Assembly (NCBI GenBank): GCA_950097015.1 | Contig: CATNEN010000018.1 | Coordinates: 124,001 to 188,000 of the forward strand | Direction: 5' to 3' | Length of the DNA stretch: 64,000 bases | Source: Macrostomum hystrix | Lineage: Eukaryota; Animalia; Platyhelminthes | Part shown: positions 1-10,105 of the stretch, in pieces | Layout of the letters: each line of letters begins with the position of its first letter | How positions within the stretch are numbered: position 1 is the stretch's first letter | Translations under genes and position numbers: made by a program | The notes under the pieces: model-generated | Database searches by the model: none | Seen by the model: the letters and a program-made list of their open reading frames with translations, nothing else | What the model was told of the DNA's origin: nothing

Positions 1-394
1 ATGGGTCAGCCACCCCACTCCCATCCAGAGGCATTGTGCTGAGGGTTTTCCGAGCACAATGAGCAGTCACAGCTTCTGAAACTGCGGCCTGGGCAAGAGA
101 CACTAACTGAGTTGGTCTGAGAATAAGTTATGTATTTTATGAGTTTGAGAACATTCAAAGCTATTGTTTAGAGAGCCGCCGCTTCCTACCAGAGACCCTG
201 TGCTCAAGGGGCTTCTGAGCACACTCAGTGCATTCTGTGGCATAGAAGCCGTGTTGCAAGCCGAGAAAAAGCGGCAGAATTTTATTAGCAGACACCGAGT
301 TGAGCACAATTGAGTCACTGAACTCACTGAATTAAAGGGCCTTAGCAACACAATGAAGCTGAGACAGAGCTAAACTGGCTGCTCATTGTATGGG

Positions 395-655
395 GTGCAC
401 TGGCTCTGAGCATGGTCCGCAGTTTCTGTACAATTCGCAGCCTCTCCTGACGGCCCTCCCCGCTCGGAGGCGAAGGCGCTGAGCCCGTGGCAGCAGCGGC
501 CGCTCGCACGCTGCCTCGCAGACTCCAGCTCGGGCCTGCCTTCTTCGACACAATGGGCCTGTGCGACTCACCCACCTCCCTCCGCTGTGATGAGGCTGCA
601 GCTGCAGCCGTTCACAGACTCCACTCCTCTGCTCTCTATTCTCTGCTTTGACTGC
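395..655 (+). pseudogene. Decayed IFI44-like P-loop GTPase fragment (G3 region)
   Basis: One frame reads ALSMVRSFCTIRSLS*RPSP...RRLQLGPAFFDTMGLCDSP. It contains a DTxG motif and an in-frame TGA, and is paralogous to 21940..22200 and about 25993..26250. Confidence 0.4.
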
Positions 656-724
656 TCGATTTGAGAATGGTCTCACATTGGATAAGCTGTGCAGGTGCAT
701 TTCCACCACAACTTCAGATTGATA

Positions 725-1070
725 GATGAGGGGAGAAACAGACAGAGGTGAGGGGAGAAACAGACAGAGATGGGAGGAGAAACAGACAGAGGTGAGGGGA
801 GAAACAGACAGATGTGAGGGGGAGAAACAGACAGACGTGAGGGTGGAGAAACAGACAGAGATGAGGGGAGAAACAGACAGAAATGAGGGGAGAAACAGAC
901 AGAGGTGAGGGGAGAAACAGACAGAGATGAGGGGAGAAACAGACAGAAATGAGGTGAGAAACAGACAGAGATGAGGGGAGAAACAGACAGAGATGAGGGG
1001 AGAAACAGACAGAAATGAGTGGAGCAACAGACAGAGGTGAGGGAGAAACAGACAGAGATGAGGGGAGAAA
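725..1070. repeat. 22-bp minisatellite GAGGGGAGAAACAGACAGAG(G/A)T
   Basis: About 15 tandem units. The same family occurs at 24408..25400 and 26323..27388. Confidence 0.95.
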
Positions 1071-1321
1071 AGAAAAGCATGCAGAGGAGAATCTTAGAAA
1101 AGACTCAATTGTGTTGTTGCCAGGCCAATAGAAATTTCTGTGCTCACTAAAAGTTTTCTTTTGCTCTCGCAGCCTCAGAAAATTTCAGTTTCACAGCACA
1201 ATTATTCGGAGGCTATATGATCACTTCACTTCCATGAGGCTATATGGAAAAATTTGATCACTTTGAGTACAGTTGGTGAGTGCCTGCCTGCCCCCAGTCC
1301 GCTGCGCTTCTAATTAGGGTC

Positions 1322-1500
1322 TGGTGACCCCCAGTCCATGGACTGAACAGCTGACAGCAGACTTTGGAAGTCGCTGGCTGCACATGTAGCCCATCTAGAC
1401 TGGGTGTCTTCTCCATCTGCTCAAATCAGGATGCCAAAAAACTGTCTAAACCTCGCGGCAGTTGATGAAAAGTTAGTGAACTGAGTCAGCTTCACTTCAC
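1322..1500 (+). mobile_element. Decayed Tc1/mariner transposase 3' remnant
   Basis: The motif CCCCCAGTCCATGGACTGAAC resembles DNA encoding WPPxSPDLNPLD after small indels. It is dispersed at about 2670, 9414, 9835, 27710, 50095 (minus strand), 60497 and 60915. Confidence 0.45.
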
Positions 1501-1631
1501 TGTGTCTCAAATTTGATCCCAAATCCCGTTTCTGAACGGCAAACAAAAGCCGGCTAATCCGGAAACTCCGATAGCTGAACAGCTAACAGATTCCGAATCA
1601 GAACTCGATCTTACAGCTGGGCGAGAAACCG

Positions 1632-1965
1632 AGTCCTGAACCCACAGTCCTGAACCCACAGTCCTGAACCCACAGTCCTGAACCCACAGTCCTGAACCCA
1701 CAGTCCTGAAACCACAGTCTTGAAACCACAGTCCTGAACCCACAGTCCTGAACCCACAGTCCTGAACCCACTGTCCTGAACCCACAGTCCTGAACCCACA
1801 GACCTGAACCCACAGTCCTGAACCCACAGTCCTGAACCCACAGTCCTGAACCCACAGTCCTGAACCCACAGTCCTGAACCCACAGTCCTGAACCCACAGT
1901 CCTGAACCCACAGTCCTGAAACCACAGTCCTGAACCCACAGTCCTGAACCCACAGTCCTGAACCC
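1632..1965. repeat. 14-bp minisatellite AACCCACAGTCCTG
   Basis: About 23 tandem units. This array explains the CGFRTVGSGLWVQD ORFs. Confidence 0.95.
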
Positions 1966-2742
1966 TTCAGTTCAGTAAACTTTGCTTCTAACAAGAAAGC
2001 ATTGATTTCACATTTTGTATGCAAAAAATCTTTAGCGAGCGAGCGCCAGCTACCAGAGTCTTCTGTGCTCAAGAGACAATTGAGCACACTGTGAGCAGTC
2101 GAGGCTTCCCACCCAAGCCTCCCCTGATGGTTGGACCCCTCGACAGGCCGAGCAATGCTTTCTGCATCTCACGCACGGAGACGCTGTGTTGCTACCCGAT
2201 GAGAAGCTGAGCACAGTTGAGCAGTTGAGCACAATGCTAATAAGTGAGGCTGTATGCAGCAATGAACTGAACTCATTGAATTGAAGGCATTGGCCAGATT
2301 TTGCTCAGCATCGAGTTGAGCACAGCAGTTCCTGAGCACAATAAATCAGAGGCTGTGGCAGGGCTGGCAGCCACCCCACACAGAGCCAGAGGCATTGTGC
2401 TGAGAACATTTGGAGCACAATGAGCAGGCTCAGTTTCTCAAACTGCAATACACACTGGCAGAGATGGGCCAAGAAGACGTTAGTTGAGTTTCAGAACAGT
2501 TTAAGACTACCTGCCTGCCTTAGTCCGCTCTGCTTCTGATAATTTTCACTGCTTGGCCATTGTTAGTGGATTGTTTGGGTAAACTTGTGAGTTGGTCCCT
2601 GATCCTAAATTAAAGATCCCAAATATGATCAAGATGAACCTCTTGCTTGGGTGGGAATTCTACTGGGTGTGGTGGCCCCCAGTCCACGGACTGAACAGCT
2701 GTACACAGCCTTTGGAAGCGCAGAGTAATAGCTGCGGCTGTG

Positions 2743-3058
2743 CCACTGGCTGCACATCTGGCCCAACTGGGCTGAGTGTCTGTTCCATGCCACTGGCTGC
2801 ACATCTGGCCCAACTGGGCTGAGTGTCTGTTCCATGCCACTGGCTGCACATCTGGCCCAACTGGGCTGAGTGTCTGTTCCATGCCACTGGCTGCACATCT
2901 GGCCCAACTGGGCTGAGTGTCTGTTCCATGCCACTGGCTGCACATCTGGCCCAACTGGGCTGAGTGTCTGTTCCATGCCACTGGCTGCACATCTGGCCCA
3001 ACTGGGCTGAGTGTCTTTTCCATGCCACTGGCTGCACATCTGGCCCAACTGGGCTGAG
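2743..3058. repeat. 47-bp minisatellite CCACTGGCTGCACATCTGGCCCAACTGGGCTGAGTGTCTGTTCCATG
   Basis: Period is 47 (2743, 2790, ...), about 7 units, embedded within a Tc1-like remnant. Confidence 0.95.
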
Positions 3059-3154
3059 TTGATCCATCCGTTCAAATCAGGATGCCAATCGAGCAACTTA
3101 ACCTTTGGATAATGAAGTTTATAAAAAGATTCTGAACCAAACAGCTGATCAAAA

Positions 3155-3905
3155 CCCACAATCCTAAATCCCCAATTCTGAATCCACAATCCTTAATCCA
3201 CAATCCTAAATTCACAATCCTGAATCCACAATCCTGAATCCACAATCCTAAATCCCAATTCTGAATCTACAATCCTGAGTCCAAAATCCTAAATCCACAA
3301 TCCTGAGTCCAAAATCCTAAATCCACAATCCTGAATCCATATCCTGAATCCATATCCTGAATCCACAGCCCAAAAATCCGCAATCCTGAATCCACAATCC
3401 TAAATCCACAGCCCTAAATTCACAATCCTAAATCCCAAATTCTGAATCCACAATCCTGAATCCACAATCCTAAATTCACAATCCTGAATCCACAATCCTG
3501 AATCCACAATCCTGAATCCACAATCCTAAATTCACAATCCCGAATCCACAATCCTGAATCCACAATCCTGAATCCACAATCCTAAATTCACAATCCTAAA
3601 TCCCCAATTCTGAATCCACAATCCTGAATCCACAATCCTAAATTCACAATCCTGAATCCACAATCCTGAATCCACAGCCCTAAATTCACAATCCTAAATC
3701 CCCAATCCTGAATCTACAATCCTGAATCCACAGTCCTAAATTCACAATCCTAAATCCCAAATTCTGAATCCACAATCCTGAATCCAAAATCCTGAATCCA
3801 CAATCCTGAATCCATATCCTGAATCCACAATCCTGAATCCATATCCTGAATCCATATCCTGAATCCATATCCTGAATCCACAGCCCTAAATCCGCAGTCC
3901 TGAAT
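3155..3905. repeat. 14-bp minisatellite AATCCACAATCCTG (degenerate)
   Basis: Tandem 14-mers, related to 22625..22962 and 28490..28822. Confidence 0.9.
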
Positions 3906-4841
3906 CCGCGAATTTCAAAACCTAACTCAAAGCCCCAACCAAAACATTTCAACTGCTCTCCTAACAGCTCCATTTCAACCAGTGAAGCAGTGCAAACTCA
4001 TTCACCATGGCAACCATCTCACACTGAGTGCATCATATTTCTGGGATCGTGAGAGCTCTCAATCAGGCTTAGGATCTGTGCTCAAAGTGCCAGAGGAGTC
4101 AGAGCTGCTGCTGCGAAAATGTGTATTAAACTGGCTTCTAACAAGAAAGCATTTGGGCTATTCTCGCGCTCTGACCATAAAAAATGTTTAACGAACGCGC
4201 CCTAGCTACCAGAGACTCTGTGCTCAAAGGACATATGAGCACACTGTGAGCAGTCGCGGCATCCCACCCCAGCCTTCCCTGATGCGGTGCACTCGAGTGT
4301 CTGAGCAGGCTGAGCAGTGCTCTCCGCATATCAGGCAGGGAGAGGCTGTGTTGCTGCCCGATGAAAAGCTGCAGTCTGCTTCTTTAGCAGGCAGCGAGTT
4401 GAGCACAGTTTGTTACCTGAGCACAGTGGCAAAACATCAGGCTGCATACGGTAATGAGTCGCTAACAAAACTCAGTGAATTGAAGGCATTCGGCAGCACA
4501 ACGAGCGGTCAGAGATATAGAAATAAAATATGTGCTCATCTATTCTCAATGCAGCCTCTGCCTTCCCCTACTCTCGTCTCCGGGCAGTCCATTCCAGTCC
4601 CCGTGTTGGCCTCGGTTGCCAAGTGCCGACCTCCTCCCTCCAGCAGGTTTGAGCAGTTTTGCACTCGGTCTTAAGCTCTCTTCTGTTTTAAGCTGCTTTT
4701 AATGGCTCGACTTAACTTTTTTTATGCTTTTGAGATCAGTTTGATTGCTTGTAGACAGGTCCAGGTTGTAGCATGAGATCAGATTATATAGTACACCTTG
4801 GTACCAGAGCTTATGATATGGCAAAGTCTGTTTAGTCCCTC

Positions 4842-5710
4842 CTCTTCCCTCCTCTTCCCTCCTCTCCTCTCCTCTCCTCTCCTCTCCTCTCCTCTCCTCT
4901 CCTCTCCTCTCCTCTCCTCTTCCCTCCTCTCCTCTCTTCTGCTCCTCTCCTCTCCTCCTCTTCTCCTCTCCTCTTCTCCTCTTCTCTTCTCTCCTCTCCT
5001 TTTCTCCTCTCCTCCTCTTCTTTCCTCGCCTCCTCTTCTCTCCTCTCCTCTTCTCTTCTCCTCTCATCTGCTCTTCCCTCCTCTTCTTCTCTCCTCTCCT
5101 CTCCTTTTCCCCCTTCTCCTCGCCTCTTCCCTCCTCTTCCCTCCTCTCCTCTCCTCTTCCCTTTTCTCCTCTTCTCCTCTCCTCTCCTCTTCCCTCCTCT
5201 CATCTCCTCTTCCCTCCTCTTCCCTCCTCTCCTCTCCTCTTCCCTCCTCTCCTCTCTTCTCCTCCTCTCCTCCTCTTCTTCTCTACTCTTCTCCTCTCCT
5301 TTTCTCCTCTCCTCTCCTTTACTCCTCTCCTCCTCTCCTCTCCTCCTCTCCTCTCCTCTTCCCTCCTCTCCTCTCTTCTCCTCCTCTCCTCTCCTCCTCT
5401 TCTCCTCTCCTCTCCTCTCCTTTTCTCCTCTCCTCCTCTTCTCTCCTCTCCTCTCCTTTTCTCCTCTCTTCTCCTCTCCTCTCCTCCTCTTCTTCTCTCC
5501 TCCTCTCCTCTCCTCTTCTGTCCTCTCCTCTCCTTTTCTCCTCTCTTCTCCTCTCCTCTCCTCCTCTTCTTCTCTCCTCTTCTCCTCTCCTCTTCTCTCA
5601 CCTCCCCCCTCTCCTCTCTTCTCCTCCTCTTCCCTACTCTCCTCTCTTCTCCTCCTATTCCCTCCTCTCCTCTCCTATTCTCTCCTCTTCCCTCCTCTCC
5701 TTTCTTCTCC
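4842..5710. repeat. Polypyrimidine (CT-rich) microsatellite upstream of ANK-cGLR copy A
   Basis: Almost pure C/T (CTCCT/CTCTT units). Confidence 0.95.
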
Positions 5711-5847
5711 TGCAGCTCAACAGCCAATAAGCCTCCAGTAAACAAGGCTTCTGGCTGGCTGCAACGGAATGCAAAGGCAAAGTGTCTGGCTACTAAACTT
5801 TCTACCACATTTGCCACTTTCCTAACCCACAAGCAGACACCTGCAAA

Positions 5848-7235
5848 ATGTTTCCCTTACTCACAATACTCACGGCTGTCCTCGTGTACCTCATGAACTC
5901 ACTTCATTCCTCACACCACCGAGAAGACGCACAAGAACTCACCGACCAGGACCTCCTCGCAGCCATCAGAGACGACCGAGTGGAGCCCGTTCAGCGATTC
6001 ATTAACAGCGGCGGGAGCCTCGATACCTTCATCGCCTATGCAGACTCATTTTTTACTCCAGCAATGCTCGCTTGCCGATTCGGAAGACATGAAATTCTCG
6101 TGAGACTCATCCGAGCCATTGCAGATGTAGATAAGCAGAACTGGAGAGGGGCGACAGCATTGTGGATGGCATCACAATATGGTCACCACCGACTGGTGAA
6201 ATCACTCATCAAAGCACGAGCCGACGTCAATCTTCAAAGAAATACTGGCTCCTCACCTCTCTACATTGCATCACAAAATGGCCATAAGGACGTCGTCCAC
6301 TCACTCATCAAAGCACGAGCCGACGTCAATCTTCAAGAGAAAGTCTATGGCCGCTCACCTCTCTACATTGCAACACAATATGGCCACAAGGACGTCGTCG
6401 ACTCACTCATCAAAGCACGAGCCGACGTCAATCTTCAAACAAATACTGGCGAGTCACCTCTCTACATTGCATCACAGCAAGGCCATAAGGACGTCGTCAA
6501 CTCACTCATCAAAGCACGAGCCGACGTCAATCTTCAAAGAAATACTGGCTTCTCACCTCTCAACATTGCATCACAATATGGCCATAAGGACGTCATCGAC
6601 TCACTCATCAAAGCACGTGCCGACGTCAATCTTCAAAGAAATACTGGCTTCTCACCTCTCAACATTGCATCACAATATGGCCATAAGGACGTCATCGACT
6701 CACTCATCAAAGCACGTGCCGACGTCAATCTTCAAACAAATACTGGCTCCTCACCTCTCTACATTGCATCACAAAATGGCCATAAGGACGTCGTCCACTC
6801 ACTCATCAAAGCACGAGCCGACGTCAATCTTCAAGAGAAAGTCTATGGCTCCTCACCTCTCCACATTGCATCACAAAATGGCCATAAGGACGTCGTCCAC
6901 TCACTCATCAAAGCACGAGCCGACGTCAATCTTCAAGAGAAAGTCTATGGCTCCTCACCTCTCTACATTGCATCACAAAATGGCCATAAGGACGTCGTCC
7001 ACTCACTCATCAAAGCACGAGCCGACGTCAATATTCAAACAAATACTGGCTACTCACCTCTCTACATTGCATCACAAAATGGCCACCTCAGTGTTGTTGA
7101 GTCACTCATGAAGGTCGTTGATAGCCCAGAATTGCTGGAAGCTGCTCTGCGAATCGCCACGGAAGTTGGCCATGACCCAGTGGTTGACCTGCTGAGCCCT
7201 GGATCATCCGCGCCTCTGCCTGAGAAGCAGAACAG
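5848..7235 (+). CDS. ANK-cGLR gene copy A, exon 1: hydrophobic N-terminus plus 12 ankyrin repeats
   Basis: 33-34 aa repeats SPLxIASxxGHKDVVxSLIKARADVNLQ. The ORF 'stop' TAG lies inside the donor AACAG|GTAGGA (phase 2, exon ends at 7235). Confidence 0.92.
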
Positions 7236-7387
7236 GTAGGAGCTCCTGTTTCTCCTGTAAAAGTCACATGAGCAATGAGATAATTTGAGACTTCGGATTC
7301 TCTGAGTAATCAGACTCGAAATCTGATAGCTGAAGTTCGGAACTGATTGTGTGTCAGTTATTGTACATATAAAATATGATTTTGGAG

Positions 7388-8003
7388 AATTCACAGGTTT
7401 GGGATTTAATAATACAGGTTTGGGATTCAATATTACAGGTTTGGGATTTAATGTTACAGGTTTGAGATTAAATGTTACAGGTTTGAGATTTAATATTACA
7501 GGTTTGAGGTTTAATATTACAGGTTTGAGATTTAATATTACAGGTTTGAGGTTTAATATTACAGGTTTGAGATTTAATATTACAGGTTTGAGATTTAATA
7601 TTACAGGTTTGAGATTTAATATTACAGGTTTGAGATTTAATATTACAGGTTTGAGATTTAATATTACAGGTTTGGGATTTAATATAACAGGTTTGGAATT
7701 CAATATTACAGGTTTGAGATTCAATACTACAGGTTTGAGATTCAATACTACAGGTTTGAGATTCAATACTACAGGTTTGAGATTCAATATTACAGGTTTG
7801 AGATTTATATTATAGGTTTGAGATTTAATATTACAGGTTTGAGATTTTATATTCTAGGTTTGAGATTTAATATTTCAGGATTGAGATTTAATATTACAGG
7901 TTTGGGATTTAATATTACAGGTTTGAGATTTAATGTTACAGGTTTGAGATTTAATGTTACAGGTTTCGAATTCAATATTACAGGTTTGAGATTCAGTATT
8001 ACA
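7388..8003. repeat. 21-bp AT-rich minisatellite ATTTAATATTACAGGTTTGAG in intron 1
   Basis: About 29 units, absent from copy B intron 1. Confidence 0.95.
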
Positions 8004-8151
8004 GAAATAAAATATTGGATTTAGATTTCTTGAAATTGGCACATTCTGTCTGTTTAGTGTATTATTCGCAAAAAATCTGCCTACTAATTTTTTCAAAAGT
8101 GATACATCTTTCACATTCCTCGTTTCAACTATAGTTTTAGTTTCAATCCCA

Positions 8152-8604
8152 GTGAAACTCAGCACTGCCGCCTCCTCTCACCCTTCAGAGCCTCCCAGCC
8201 TCACTGAACCTCAGCACTGCCGCCTCCTCTCACCCTTCAGAGCCTCCCAGCCTCACTAAACCTCAGCACTGCCGCCTCCTCTCACCCTTCAGAGCCTCCC
8301 AGCCTCACTGAAACTCAGCACTGCCGCCTCCTCTCACCCTTCAGAGCCTCCCAGCCTCACTGAACCTCAGCACTGCCGCCTCCTCTCACCCTTCAGAGCC
8401 TCCCAGCCTCACTGAAACTCAGCACTGCCGCCTCCTCTCACCCTTCAGAGCCTCCCAGCCTCACTGAAACTCAGCACTGCCGCCTCCTCTCACACTTCAG
8501 AGCCTCCCAGCCTCACTGAAACTCAGCACTGCCGCCTCCTCTCACCCTTCAGAGCCTCCCAGCCTCACTGAACCTCAGCACTGCCGCCTCCTCTCACCCT
8601 TCAG
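8152..8604 (+). repeat. 52-bp tandem repeat containing the intron-1 splice acceptor (9 acceptor-like sites)
   Basis: CTCTCAC(C/A)CTTCAG ends at 8188, 8240, ... 8604 (period 52). Only the last is followed by the exon-2 frame. Confidence 0.9.
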
Positions 8605-8954
8605 AGCCGCACCCAGCGACGCAGAGCTGAGCCAGCAGCTGCACTCCAAGCTCTCTCAGTCGGGATTCGTGGACTCCAGAGCCGCCTTGCAGATCGCTGT
8701 GGCTGACGTCTTGCAGGATGTTCTCACGAAGAGATGGAACAATGACGACTGGTTCGCTGTGGGCAGCTTCTCTGAGGCCTGGGGCAACAGCCTGGTCTCT
8801 CTGGATGGCAGAACTGACATTGACTCTGACATCGATGTTATTCGGCTGATTCCAGGAAGGCCGATTCACCCGAGAGATTTGTGCGAGTGCGACCGAGTGG
8901 AGGCTGCTCAGACAGTGGAGCTCAGCAATGGCCACATCCTGAGCTCCGGATTCG
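8605..8954 (+). CDS. ANK-cGLR copy A, exon 2: nucleotidyltransferase catalytic core (GSFSEAWG...SDID)
   Basis: Acceptor CTTCAG|A completes AG+A = Arg in phase with exon 1. The exon reads AAPSDAELSQQLHSKLSQSGFVDSRAAL...WFAVGSFSEAWG...DSDIDV and ends at donor TTCG|GTGAGA (phase 1). Confidence 0.85.
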
Positions 8955-9413
8955 GTGAGAATTTCCTGTCAGAGACTGTCGGGATGGCTGGGACAAGAAT
9001 TGAACATGAGTTTGGCTTGCTCATCTTCTTTTGCTTTCTAAAGCAAACAACAAACAAGGAAAGCAAACAAATGTTCAGTCCAGGTTTGAAATGCAGAGCC
9101 AGAGCAAGAAATTTCCCAGCAAAAATGTAAACCCTGATTTTTCTTTCGGCGAGCTTCCTCTGGGAACCAAACAGAGGCTTAGCGCTCCTCGCTCAGTGTA
9201 CTTAGTGAATAGTGATGCTATATTATGTATTCATTGTACATACTGACTTTTATAAGCCAAAATCTAATATCCTATATTCGCTATAAACTGTTAGTTAACT
9301 AGCAATGTAAGCCCATCTTCGGGGAGCCCAGACGATTCAATCAAGTTTCTCTTTGTTTCTTAGGCTCGCAATACTTCCACAGTCACAGGTGTGTAAAATT
9401 ACAGTTTTTGAGG

Positions 9414-9490
9414 TGACCGCCCCAGTCCATGGACTGAACCGTTGTACACAGCTTTTGGAAGCGTCGTACAAACGCTACGGCTGGGCCATT
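9414..9490 (+). mobile_element. Tc1/mariner transposase remnant in intron 2
   Basis: Reads *PPQSMD*TVVHSFWKRRTNAT, which converts to WPPxSxDLNPLxYSFW with three compensating 1-bp indels. Confidence 0.5.
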
Positions 9491-10105
9491 GCAAATTTCG
9501 GTTATTTCTATTATATTATATTCTATTGCCGCTTTTACAGAATTCGTTTTCTGTGATTCTGAAATTATGCCAATCAATGTCCATTGATTTTCAACAATAT
9601 TCCGAACAGCCAATTCTTACTAGCCATATAGTAGCTAGTTATCCAGTAGACAGGAAAATTATCCTAATTTATGTGGGCGGGAAAACCCCCGCCGCAGGAA
9701 AATCCCATCGAATTTCCAGTCCAGATTTGAATCTCGGCCTGAGGGAACGATGCTTGTCCAAGAGCTGGAATCATAACCTTGTATTTATTCAGCTCAGCCA
9801 GCTGAAGGTTACACTAGAAATTTGAGGGGGCTGGTGACTCCCCAGTACAAAGACTGAAGAGCTGTATACAGTACTCACAAAATACTCATAAGAAACTAAA
9901 GAAGCAAGGAAGAATTGAAAATAATCGTGAACGTGCTCCCCTCCGTAGGGGGCAAAAGTTTCTAGTCTGCACTAAAATTTCATATAAATCGCAGCTACAA
10001 ACCATCTTTGCACAATTTTTTTATATTATCGAGAAATAGTTCTGTGTCTATCAACTTGAAATCTGATGGCATTTTGCATATTTCTTGCATTTCCTTTTTC
10101 TCCAG

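Larger units (their letters stand above)
1..1970. repeat. Segmental duplication block X, copy 1 (matches about 25599..28490)
   Basis: Position 1 aligns with 25599. The unique spacers are near-identical (ORF 103..351 equals 25701..25949, offset 25598), while the embedded 22-bp and 14-bp arrays differ in length. Confidence 0.9.

Noticed and set aside
6266-7111. Overlapping 281-aa ORF (and 58344..59069)
   Set aside because: Shadow frame of the 99-bp ankyrin repeats.
10066-10105. ATG 10066 (and 61150) as gene start
   Set aside because: It lies in the polypyrimidine tract of intron 2, and starting there would omit the catalytic GS/DxD exon.
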